Assembly (NCBI GenBank): GCA_013239625.1
Contig: MU053652.1
Coordinates: 5,633,902-5,693,901, forward strand
Direction: 5' to 3'
From: Lama guanicoe
Lineage: Eukaryota
DNA: 60,000 nt
A model generated the notes under the pieces. That model made no database searches. It was not told the origin of the DNA and saw only the letters and a program-made list of their open reading frames with translations. Below are positions 39,889 to 50,992 of the stretch, piece by piece (position 1 is the first letter of the stretch; the number at the start of each line of letters is the position of its first letter). A program made the translations under genes and the position numbers.

Positions 39889-39909
39889 GTCTCTCTCTCT
39901 CTCTCTCTC
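39889..39909. repeat. (TC)10 microsatellite
   Basis: Seen directly. Confidence 0.85.
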
Positions 39910-39969
39910 AATTTGTCTTATTATCCCCCAATCCAAGTTGTCCTTAAGTAATTCATTGAAAGGAGAGGG

Positions 39970-40160
39970 AAATAATATTTATTAGTGCTTACTTTACATG
40001 TACCATCTAACTGAGTTTTCACTAGGCCATGAGGCATATATTATATCTTTTTTTACAGATGGGAAAACCAAGGCTCAAAAAAAGTACATAACAGCCCAAG
40101 AAAACCTAATCAATTAGTAAGTGATAGCATGGGTTCCAGAGCCAAAGTTCTTCGACTCTG
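39970..40160 (-). mobile_element. MIR SINE
   Basis: ttttacagatgggaaaaccaaggctcaaa. Confidence 0.75.
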
Positions 40161-40684
40161 TAAGTTCATGTTCATTTTACTACCTCTTGCTATTTGTCTT
40201 TTGAGGTTGTAGACCTTGGTTCCTGCAGTCATGCTTCCGGTCCTTGTCCTGCCAAGGTGCAGGGAGGACGTAGAGACTGTGCTCTTTAAACAGCCTAATT
40301 TTTTGCCTGTCCTTCTCTCTCCCCTCACTCATTGTGCTTTTGTGCTGCACCTTGTGACCGGAGCATTTTGTAACGTGCCTGTGTGAATCCTCTTCTATCT
40401 TCTGGAACTGCTGCATCCTTAGTGTCTGTCTGGAGCTGTTTTCATTCTTGAAGACCCAACATTAATGATACCTCCTTAGTGAAATCTTCTTAGATTCCCA
40501 GAAGGGGTTAGTTGAGCTCTTTTCTGCACTTGCAAACCTTTGTACACACCTTGAGTGGAGAAAGTGTTGACCTGAAACAAATAGATATTCTTCCAGCCAA
40601 GATGGGTTTATTCAGGATCAGCAGAGACATGTCTGCAACTATGGCAAGCCCCAAGGGAAGGAGCATGCTTTAAAAAAAAAAACC

Positions 40685-42327
40685 TTTTTTTTTTAAGTGA
40701 AGTATAATCAGTTTACAATGTTGTGTCAATTTCTGGTATGCAGCACGATACTTTAGACATATAGGAATGTACATATATTCATTTTCATACTCTTTTTCAT
40801 GAAAAGTTACTATAAGATATTGAATATGGAAAGATATCCCACTTTCTTGGATTGGAAGAATTAATATTGTTAAAATGTCCATACTACCCAAAGCAATCCA
40901 GAGGTTTTAATGTGATCCTTATCAAATTACCCAGGACATTTTTCACAGAATTAGAACAAATAATTTTAAAATTTATATGGAACCACAAAAGACCCAGAAT
41001 TGCCAAAGCATTACTGAAGAAAAAGAATGAAGCTGGAGGAGTAACCCTCCCAGACTTCAGACAATATTACAGAGCTGCAGTAATCAAAAATGAATGACTG
41101 AAAAATTGTGCTGAACACTGGAATTTGACACAACACTGTAAAATGATTATAAATCAATAAAAAATGTTAAAAAAAACAGCATGATATTGATACAAAAACA
41201 GACATATGGATCAATGGAACAGAATAGAGAGCCTAGAAATAAGCCCACAAACTTTTGGTCAATTAATCTTTGAGAAAAGAGGCAAGAACATACAATGAAG
41301 TAAAGACAGTCTCTTCAGCAAATGGTGTGGGGAAAAATGGACAGCTGCATGTAAATCAATGAAGTTAGAACACTCCCTCACACCATACACAAAAATAAAC
41401 TCAAAATGGCTTAAAGACTTAAACATAAGACAAGACACTATAAGCCTCTCAGAAGAAAACGTAGGCAAAACATTATCTGACATAAATCTCAGCAATGTTC
41501 TCCTAGGGCAGTCTACCCAAGCAATAGAAATAAAAGCAAAAATAAACAAATGGGACTAATTAAACTTACAAGCTTTTCAGAGCAAAGGAAACTACAAGCA
41601 AAACAAAATGACAACCTACAGAATGGGAGAAAATATTTGCAAATGATGTGACTGACAGAGGTGTAATTTCCAGAGTATGTAAACAGCGTGTACAGCTTAA
41701 TAACAAGAAAACAAACAACCCAATCCAAAAATGGGCAGGAGACCTAAACAACTAATTCTCCAATGAAGACATAGAAATGGCCAATAGGCACATGAAAAAA
41801 TGCTCAATATCACTAATTATCAGAGAAATGCAAATCAAAACTACAATGAGGTATCACCTCACATCAGTCAGAATGGCCATCATTAAAAAGTCCACAGACA
41901 GTAAATGCTAGAGAGGGTGTGAAGAAAAGGGAACCCTCCTGCTCTGTTGCTGGGAATGTAAATTGGTGCAACCACTATGGAAACCAGTAGGGAGATTTCT
42001 CAAAAAACTAAAAATAGACTTACCATATGATCCAGCAATCCCACTCCTGAATATATATCCAGAGGGAACCTTAATTCACATGCACCCGAATGTTCATAGC
42101 AGCACTATTTACAGTAGCCAAGACATGGAAACAACCTAAATGTCCATCGACAGATGACTGGATAAAGAAGTTGTGGTATCTTTATACAATGAAATACTAT
42201 GCAGCCATAAAAAATAATTAAAATAATAATGCCATTTGCGGCAACATGGATGGTCCTGGAGATTGTCATTCTGAGTGAAATAAGCCGGAAAGAAAAAAAT
42301 TACCATATGATATCACTTATATGTGGA
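40685..42327. mobile_element. 5'-inverted (twin-primed) L1: 3' end on minus strand 40685-~40826, ORF2 C-terminal segment on plus strand ~40826-42327
   Basis: ORF track peptides [30 protein letters not shown] and LTPYTKINSKWLKDLNIR are L1 ORF2; approximate TSD ggagcatgcttt/ggaacatacttt. Confidence 0.9.
41090..41172 (+). mobile_element. ~85-bp young L1 3' terminus nested in L1 ORF2
   Basis: actgaaaaattgtgctgaacactggaatttgacacaacactgtaaaatga...aataaaaaatgttaaaaaaaa matches the reverse complement of ~5300-5375. Confidence 0.85.
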
Positions 42328-42787
42328 ACATACTTTTATAGAGGGGAAAAGGAAGTTGGGAAGGTGACAGTAAACTTGGGAGGGCTTTTCATTGGCTGAG
42401 TCCTTTCCAGGAAAGAGGAGGCATCCTCTTCTCCCTCTGGGGCTCTGCTGTCCTCACAGGGCCTGAGAGCTCCCCATTCTGGTCTCCCAACTCTCTTTAA
42501 GTTTCTGTTTATTAGTTTTTTATAAAAGCCTTTATTTCACGGTCTCAGCCAGGACTCAAACTTAAGCTGAGAGAATTTGGGGTTCAGAAACATAAAAAGT
42601 CTAGGAGTAAAACTGACCTCGGGTAGGCTTAGCTCCACATTTTAAAATGAAGTTGACGGGAGTGCATCGTGTTCCAGCTCTGGCTTCTGCTGTCTCATGT
42701 GTTGGCTTTATCCTCCGGTCTCTTCCACGTGGTAGGGGGAGAGGGCCGCCAGCAACTGTGGGCCAGAGGGCTGCCAGCTCAGCAGCT

Positions 42788-43245
42788 GCACTGGTTTCCT
42801 AGAGCTGCCGTAACAAATCACCACACTGTGTGACTTAAAACAAGAGAAATTTATTCTCCCACTGCTGTGGGGCCAGAAGTCCAAAATCAAGGTGTTAGCA
42901 GGGTTGGCTCCTTCTGGAGGCTCCGAGGGACCATCGGTTCCATGCCTCTCTCCTGGCTGGTGGTGGCTGCCAGCAATTCTTGGCATCCCTTGGCTCCTGG
43001 CTGCATAGCTCTGATCCCTGTCTCCATGGTCACATCACCTTTTTCTCTGTGTGTTTGTGTCTTCTCTTTTTCGGTTTCTTATAAGGACACTTGTCAGTGG
43101 ATTTAGGACCCACTCTAATCCAAGATGGTCTCATCTTGAATTCCTTCCCTTCATTCTATTGGTGAAGGCCCTTATTCCAAATTAGCTCCCATTCTGAGGT
43201 TCCCGGTGGTTATGTCTTCTTGGGGGATACCTTCAGCCTGCTCCG
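42788..43245. mobile_element. MaLR LTR (MLT1C/D-like)
   Basis: ggtttcctagagctgccgtaacaaatcaccacac ... cttaaaacaagagaaatttattctc. Confidence 0.85.
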
Positions 43246-44199
43246 GCAGCCTTAGTGGGAAGGGTGTGCCTCACTCCCAGCTGTTCCTGCAGAGGTCCAG
43301 ACTCGGCCCTGCCGTGTTGGGTTTCAGTCCATCCCTCAAGTAGTCACTGTGGCCCTAAGGAAGGCACTGTTCATGGAGGCCAGGCCTGGGTCACATGCCC
43401 ATCTGGAGCTGGGAAGAGAAAGGTGGGGTGAGCCCCACTTGAAACACATGGTCAAAGCCACAGGGAGGGGTCATTCCTCAATGCTAAACTGAGGTGCTCT
43501 TCTGGAACAAGGGAAAAAGGCTGCCAGGCAGGCGAACCACTGTGCATACCGGGTGCTGTTGGTCTGTCGACCTCTCTGCCTCCCATCTAGACCGTGACCT
43601 TCTCAGGGTAGCAGCCATCCGGGCTTGGTCTTACTCACCAGCGCCTCGGGCATGAGGGAGCTCTATCAACATATGTTAAATTGTTACAGGAGCTAAAATC
43701 TCCCTGAAAAATAGGATTTCAACCATGAATCATAATATTTGTCAAAAATAGTTCTGGCCTCCGTCTGAATGATAACGAGCAAAGCACTTTCAAGGACAAG
43801 AAAAGGCTTGAGTGGCGTGTTCTCCTCAACTCTGAAGAGGCTCTGCCTTCTGTTCTGCCTCTCAGCTGAGTGTGTTGGGAACCAGAGGAATTAAACCAGG
43901 GGCTTCACATCCACCGATAGGAGCCCCCGTCCGCCGACTCAGCAGTCATCTGAGGGAAGACGTAGACTCCGCCCACCGCCACCACCACCAATGGGAGTCC
44001 AGTCTGTGAAAACAGCGCAAACCGCACAGTGGCCGAGGAGCCGCCTTCTCAGCCGTGGACCAGTTCTGACCACTATCTGACTGGCCCGCGGGCAGAGGAG
44101 CCCAGGTCATGAGGAAAGAACTACAGTATTTTGTTTGGCTCTTTTTTTAAACATGGCTGAATTATCTATTTTCAGAGAGGTTGTTTTAGTTCTTTTTGT

Positions 44200-44353
44200 G
44201 GCTTCTAAATCAATGAATTTTTAATTTCTCCATAAAGAAAAAAAAAAAAACCAACTCCCTGGAGGACTGTAAAGAAGGCTTCTAAATCAATGAATTTTTA
44301 ATTTCTCCATAAAGAAAAAAAAAAAAAACCAACTCCCTGGAGGACTGTAAAGA
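44200..44353. repeat. Near-perfect 77-bp tandem duplication
   Basis: Copies 44200-44275 and 44277-44353 differ only in A13 versus A14. Confidence 0.95.
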
Positions 44354-46611
44354 CTATGGAAGACTTAGGTGTTCTCTGCATCTGAAAGGGAGGAAGGCAC
44401 TCTGGGAAAGCCCTGTTACTGAGAGCTGACTTAAAAAGTGTCAATGTAATTGGCGTGTTGAATACGTTTCATTCCATCATGCCACTTCATTATTTTTAAA
44501 ATGCAACGCCTTTATTTTAAGCAAATTCTTTAAGCAACTTCGTTTTTTTTGTTTTTTGTTTTTGTTTTTTTTTCTAGTAATGCCTCACATGTGATGGTCC
44601 AGCTCCCTGCACTCCCTCCTCCGGAGGACATCTTGACTTCAGATGCTTTGTCCTTTAGTTGCTTCCAAATATGTGAAAAGCCTCATTTTAGTTATTAAAA
44701 TGGCCAGCCCAGTGGAATAAAACTGAATTTCAGCCCAGCTGAAAGTTCCTTCCCTGCCACAACTTGGAGCTGCTTTAGGCTGGAACCCTGCAGCGGAGAA
44801 AGCGAGCTGCGGCTTGCTGTGTCTCTGCTGTCCCTCGGTGCCCTGTCTCCCCGACGCCAGCTGCCTGGCCCAGCTGTAACAACCTGGAGCAGTTACCAAA
44901 GCACCAGCAGAGGTATTCCTGGGGTGGGACGGCTCCAGGACCTGTCCTTGCATGAAGGTGTTTCCTCCTCTTTTCCCTGCTTATTTTCTCCTTGGAGAAA
45001 CTTTGGTTTTCTCCCTGGCTTTTGGCATTGGGCCCTCCATGTGGGCTGACATATGCTTCGGGTCTTGATCTCAGCAGCATGAACTTGTAAGTTCAGCTTT
45101 TCTCTCCCTTGCTTGTAAACAAAAAGCTGGAAGTAGGACTTGATTAATGAAGGTGGAATGGGAGCAGAACTCTGGCTTATTTTATTTATGCTACAACAGG
45201 AGATGTCCCTAGGTCACACTGGATTAGGTGTACTGCACACTGACGGTGGGCAAGGAACTGTGATGGGCACTGGGGAGGAGCACGAAGATGGATGTGACGC
45301 GACTGTTACCCTCCAGTTGCTTAGAGCCAGAATGAGAGAACACGGCTGCTCCGTAGAAGTGCCGGTCATGAGCTGTGTGAATGCGGAGGACGAGGCAATG
45401 GGTTCTAACCAGGAACGTTGCGGGAGGGCTAACAGAGGGGAAGCGCTGGGTGGTGCTGAAGGAAGAGGAGAGGCACGTAGCTGGAGACCCGGGAGACAGA
45501 TAATCAGCATTTCTAACAATGTATGCTTCGTGGAGTTAAAGATTTTCATTGCTAAATGCACAAGATTGCTTTGAAAATCTCAATTATAAAAATAATTCAT
45601 TTGCTTCCTCCAGCATACATGCCTTCATTTTTTCCCTCAGTTCACTTTTATGATCAAGAAGGACCTGATCCATTGATGGGATTCATGTTTCCGAGTTCCC
45701 AATGTTCTTGGCGTGCCTTGTTTTCTCCCATAGCTTTTCCATGTTCATGTGATAAATATTTGTTATTCTGTTCTTAATCTGAAACATTCAGTGGCCTGAG
45801 TGTCATTGTTATTGAAACGGTGGTGTTTCCTTCACCAGCCTTTAGTAGCAGCGATTCCTAAACAGGGACCAGAATGGGTAGGTGAGTGAGTGAAGGGGCA
45901 GAAACACTTCTTAATATCTTCAGGCTTGGCCAAGGTGATTGGGTCCTGGAATCACTGGAAAGCTCCTTTAGCAGTTAGCTTTTCTTCCTTTCTGTAGATG
46001 TAACAAAATTGTGTCATGACTTTGTTTTAATGACTTATAAAATACAAGGTTTATTGCAACCTCACGTCCCTCGGATTATTGATGGTCTTGTGTTCCCTGA
46101 GAACTGTAGAGCTCGTCTCCTCTGTAATGAAGGAGACTTGAGGCTTCATGTCTTGTAACCTGTAACAAGACAGGGTCTAGAGTACACCCCCTCTTCCCCA
46201 GTCTACTCTCACAATGCAGGTACTCAAGTGTGCAGCTGCTGGAGACAGCAAGATGGCAGTTCAGCCTAGCGCCTTGAAAGAGTCCACCCCCTAATCTGTT
46301 TTCTGTCTGAAGATCCTTTTGTTTGCAAGTATCTTGAAGTGAGCTCTCGGTCCACCTATATCCTTTTTCATTGCTCATGCAATTATTTCTTTCTTGATTA
46401 CCAGTTCTCCTTAGAGGCGGGGAAACAGTTTTGTAGCCCCTGAAAAAAACCTTATAATTTTCCCCAAGGAAAGATGGTGCTACTTGCTATTTCTAGATAC
46501 CTTGGGTGATTTCTAGGCCCTGCATTACATTATGAGGCAATAAGACACTTCTTTTCCCGCAACTGAGGAAAGCCCCAGGTGTAACCTCTGGAAGTCATAT
46601 TTCTTCTAAGG

Positions 46612-47425
46612 TTCCCAATACATTTATAAATTACCTGGTTTCATATATCCAGGGACTGTGTTGTTAGGTGTTTGGGTTACCAAAATGAACAGAACACAGC
46701 ACTGCCTCCCAGGAATTTACATTCTAGAGGGGAAGTTATTTACAGCGGTTGGCGAATTCTCTATTGAGGCTCTGGGAGAGCAGGGATGAAAGTACTTTAT
46801 TTTGCCCAAATCTCGGGAAACGGTTTCACAAAATAATAATTTCTTGAACTGATTTGGGGAGGAAGGGGGTTGGCATTTAAGGCAGAGGGGAACAGCATTT
46901 GCAAAAGTTTAAACCCAAGATTATGGCAATTTTAAAAGCATGCAAATATTTTTATATAGGGTGTTGCAAGGAGTTTGGGGTTTTTTTTTGGTGGGGTGAG
47001 AAGAATGACAGGAGATGAGACTGGAAAATAAATGAAGGCAGGATTGTAAAGGACCTTTTTGCCAAAGCGAGGAGATAGGGCCATTGAAGGATTTAAAATA
47101 GGGCAGCAGCATGACCAGATTTGTGTTTTAGGGAGATCCCTCCGACAGTAGGTTGAAAAATGGATGGAGAGACTCAATCCATCTGTAGGCAGCAAGATGA
47201 GTTAGTAGGTTATTGCAATAGTCCAGGCAACAAGTGACAAGGTCTTAAATACAGCTGTGGTGGTGAGGATGGAGGTGAGGTGATAAATAGGAGCATTGTT
47301 AGAAGGAGAATCAATAGGTCTTGGCAAGCAATTGGATGTGCAGAGTGAGGGAGAAGAAAGAGTCAGAAATAACTCCCAAACTTTTGGTCTGGACACCTAG
47401 GTAGAAAATTCTGTTGTTAATCAAA
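46612..47425 (-). mobile_element. LINE-2 relic
   Basis: gaaggagaatcaataggtcttggcaagcaattggatgtg ... gagtcagaaataactccc. Confidence 0.8.
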
Positions 47426-47508
47426 ATGACAAAAACCAAAGGAAATGTTTTGGAGTGAACTAGTAATTAAAAAAGTTATTAAGTACCCCATTCTGTTAAG
47501 TGCACAGG

Positions 47509-47936
47509 CCTGATGGTCAGTTTTATATGTTGCCTTGGCTGGGCTATGGTGCTCAAATATATGGTCAAACAGTATTGTGACTGTTTCTGTGATTTTTTTT
47601 TTAAAATGTGATTGACATTTTAATCAGGGGACTTTGAGTCAAGTAGATTGCTATCCCTAATGTGGGTGGGCCACACCCAATCAGTCGAAGATCTGACTAG
47701 AAGAAAAGATTGACTTTTTCCAAGCAAGAGGGCATTCTGCAGCAGCAGTCTTTAGACTTGAACTGCACCACTTGGGGGGCCCTTTCATGGGTCTCCAGCC
47801 TGCTGGCCCACCCGGCAGATTTTGGATTTGCCAGCTTCCATTACTGCATGAGCCAATTAAAAAAAATAATAAATCACTTTCTATATGTCTATACATCCTA
47901 CTGGTTCTGTTTCTTTGGAGAACCCTGACTAAAACA
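47509..47936 (+). mobile_element. ERVL LTR (MLT2-type)
   Basis: tgatggtcagttttatatgttgccttggctgggcta ... ctggttctgtttctttggagaaccctgactaaaaca. Confidence 0.85.
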
Positions 47937-48178
47937 AGAGGCTTTGGGGCCACACTGCCTGGGTCTGAATCCTGTTCTGGCAATTACTCAGTGATCTCAC
48001 TATGCGACAACATTCGGCAAGTGAAGTCTCCAAGCCCAATTTGCCTCATTTATAAACTGAGAATAACAATCATCTTCTGTTATTGTTGTGATGATGAAAA
48101 GAGAAAATCCATGTAAAGTTTTAAGCTTAGGGTCTAGCATGCAGTAAGCTCTTAAGAAATGTTTGCCATCATTATTAT
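47937..48178 (+). mobile_element. MIR SINE
   Basis: ctgcctgggtctgaatcctg ... ttgcctcatttataaactgagaataacaat. Confidence 0.7.
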
Positions 48179-48397
48179 AACCAAGGAAACATTTACACAT
48201 TAGTGTTAATGGCTAATGACAGCTCAGATTGTTACCTTTCCCAGGAGGGGTTTATGTGATAATAGGGATCAGGGTTTTCCATTAGAAGAATTAGCCTCTA
48301 AGCTTAATGCTTTGCACATTGAACTAACAGGTAATTATTCACTGAATGGTTGAATTACTTCCTGGTACCAGTGAGTAAGATCAGAAAAAGCAGGTTC

Positions 48398-48500
48398 CAA
48401 AGGGAGAAACTGAGGCCCAGAGAGATGAATGACTTAGTGAAGGTCATAGAATGAGTTGGCGGAAAATCTAGCACCAGGACTCAGGTGTTCTGGCTTCTGT
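48398..48500 (-). mobile_element. MIR core
   Basis: gaaactgaggcccagagagatgaatgacttagtgaaggtcatag. Confidence 0.7.
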
Positions 48501-49158
48501 ACAGGGCCCTTTCTCTTGGAGCAAAGGGGCCCACTCTGAAACCACACCGCGTGGCCCATCTCCACGCTGCCAAGCCAGCTCTTGCAGAGCGGACTTTATT
48601 TTAAACCCATTTTTGTAGAGCAAAGTGCAGGATAGTCAGCCGGTGGCTAGTTTGGTACAATCCTTAATGGACTTATTTCTAAATGGACCAAGACATGGAA
48701 AGGCATTAGAGTTTTTTAAAAAATAAAAATGTTTTCAGGCTTATTGGCCTGTATGAATGTGGAACAAAAGAAGTCAGTCATATATTTTGTTGTCTTCCTT
48801 TTCTGATCCAGCCACTTGCCCATGGAGATGTGCTCAGCGTGGACACGCTGATCCTCTGGTTATTTTCCTGATCCTCTGCCATTTTCTCGACTGAGTCTTG
48901 TGAAATTGCTCTCCTGGAGGCTGTCTCTCAGAAGCCAAGTCCAAGGCCTTTTCCAGCCCTCTTCCTCCTTGACCCTGCTCCGTCATCCACTGTGGCTGAT
49001 ACCGCCACCTTCTTCTGGAAACTGTCTTCTTTAACAGCAGGCAAAGCTCCCTCTATATTTCCCTGTTGGCACCTCTGCCTCCTCCCACCCCAGTGGTAAT
49101 GCTTCTGAAGGATCTGTTCTTGGCAGTCTTGTCCAAGCTTTCACTTCGAGCTATCATC

Positions 49159-49177
49159 TGTGTGTGTGTGTGTGTGT
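49159..49177. repeat. (TG)9 microsatellite
   Basis: Seen directly. Confidence 0.85.
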
Positions 49178-50477
49178 TTGACTCCCCAGACGATGTCTTC
49201 CGTCCCGGTGTCTCATCCAAGCTCCAAACTCAAGCTCTCTCACTCATATTCATCCACCCTCTCTTTCTCCTTCCCCCGCCTCCTTCCCATTCTGGGCCAG
49301 GCACAGAACTAGATGCAGGGGTGACGTACAAAGACCGTAGGTTTGGCCTTCAGAGCTCACGTTAGCCAGGGGAGAGACAGGTATTGACTTAAACGCAGCC
49401 TCAGAGGCTCTAACAGTTTGAAAAGTGCAGACAAAGATGTGCCTTAGACGCTGTGGGAACACAAGTAAAGTAAGATCACTAATGTTTAATTGTCTCTGGG
49501 GAGAGGTGATGCCAGGGTTGTTCCTTGAAGCCAGTACGAGTTGAACTGTGAAGGACAAAAGGTGTTGGCCAGGAATAAAGGCTCTCGGGACCATCCTGTG
49601 CAATTGTAGAAAGACTGAGATGTACGTATTTGCAATGGGAAGTCGTTCATCATGACTGGGGTACAGGCTACGTGGATCCAGGGTTGGGGCTGGGGGGATG
49701 GGATGGGGTCTGTAAGACAGTATAGGCTGGGAATTTGGGCAAAGGCTAGCTCGAAAAGGACCTTCTGTGCTCTTCAAGGTTTTTTTTTTTTTTTTAACTA
49801 TCTCCTCTAATTAGTATCTCATTCTTATAATCTCTCTGAATGAAATGATCTTTTACTTCAAATATTTCTGTTCACCACATTAAATTTCAGCTAATGAGGG
49901 GATTCCGGGTGGTGGGTGTTTTGCTTACAGAATGAGTTCATTTCTGGTAAAGGAAAGAAAGGCTGCTTTTGATAGCAAGTCTTGGACCTGATCCAAAGCT
50001 GGCTTAAATAATAAGTGCATTTTTCTTCCTCCGTAACAAGAAGGTTGGAGGTATGTCAATTCCACAGTTGGTTATGTCAATATCCAACCCAGGCGGCAAG
50101 GATTTAGCTTCTTCCTGCTTTTCTGCTCTGCTGTCTTTAGCCTGTGGGCTTTCTCTTCATTCTTCTGCCCTCACTGTCTCATTATAGCAGGTCCAGCTAT
50201 CACACATAGATGGCAACGACCATAGAGAAACAGGAGGAAATTCCTCTTTATGAATATCCCCATTTTTTAAAAACTAAAAAGCCTTTCTCAGAAACCTCCA
50301 GAAGACCCCCTCCTCCCATCATTTTTTTTTTTTCTGGCCAGAATTCTGTCATAAGTCTATTTCCAATCAGTGGGGAAATAGAAAATACAATGACAGAGTT
50401 AGACTGTGCATGCTTAGTGGTGGCAGAATTGCCACCATGGGGACAAAAATTGGTTTGGGGAGGGGTGAGAGGAGGGT

Positions 50478-50992
50478 TGAAGTTTCTTCTGCTGCTATTA
50501 GAAAGTACCACAAACTTAAGGGCTTAAAGACAACACAAATTTATTATCTTCTAGTTCTGGATGTCAGAAGCTCAAAATGTGTCTCACTGGGCCATAATTA
50601 AGGTGTCAGCAGGGTTCTGTTCCTTCTAGAAGACTCAAGGAAAGAATCTACTTCCTTGCCTTTCCTGTCACCTAGAGGCTGCCTGCATTCCTTAGCTCAT
50701 GGTGGCTTCCTTCTGCCATCTTCAAGCCTGCAATGACCAGTTTAATCTTTTCACGATGCCCTCTCTCCTGATCTTCTGCCTCCTTTCATTTAAGGACCTT
50801 TGTGATTGCACTGGGCACACCAGGATAATTCAGGATAATCTCCTCATCTCAGATTCAGCAGAATAGCAACCTCAGTTCCATCTGAAACCTTAATGCCCCT
50901 TTGCTTTGTAACCCAACATATTTACAGATCCCAGGGATTAGGATGTAGAAATGTTTGCAGGGGCAGGGGAGTCCATTATTCTGCCAGCTACA
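50478..50992. mobile_element. MaLR LTR (MLT1D-like); older MLT1 relic probably at ~49930-50460
   Basis: ctgctgctattagaaagtaccacaaacttaagggcttaaagacaacacaaatttattatc ... ccagggattaggatgtag ... cattattctgccagctaca. Confidence 0.85.

Larger units (their letters stand above)
40565..42525. mobile_element. Probable ERV-type LTR split by an L1 (pieces ~40565-40671 and ~42338-42525)
   Basis: tgttgacctgaaac...gggtttattcaggatcagcagag...catgcttt | tatagaggggaaaaggaagttgggaagg...cattggctgagtcc reads as one element once the L1 is removed. Confidence 0.55.

Noticed and set aside
40721..40730. TTGTGTCAAT, matching the start of miR-592, which is hosted in this GRM8 intron in human
   Set aside because: It is part of an L1 3' end. 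I did not find the rest of the mature sequence (ATGCGATGATGT) or the hairpin by eye; the miRNA probably lies downstream of the window.
40852..41559. ORFs with real protein similarity
   Set aside because: Frameshifted L1 ORF2 remnants, not host genes.
45442..45460. REST/NRSE-like sequence (minus strand ttcagcaccacccagcgct)
   Set aside because: Only the left half-site matches; the GGACAG half is missing.
49250..49777. Longest ORF in the track (175 aa), and other 100-145 aa ORFs such as 45140-45574, 11173-11610 and 35504-35911
   Set aside because: No recognisable domains; many use non-ATG starts or overlap repeat relics; lengths are compatible with chance.
49779..49795. Poly-T run as a possible retrocopy tail (similar runs near 8505, 13075, 39472 and 44543)
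   Set aside because: No matching TSD or correctly placed poly(A) signal found.
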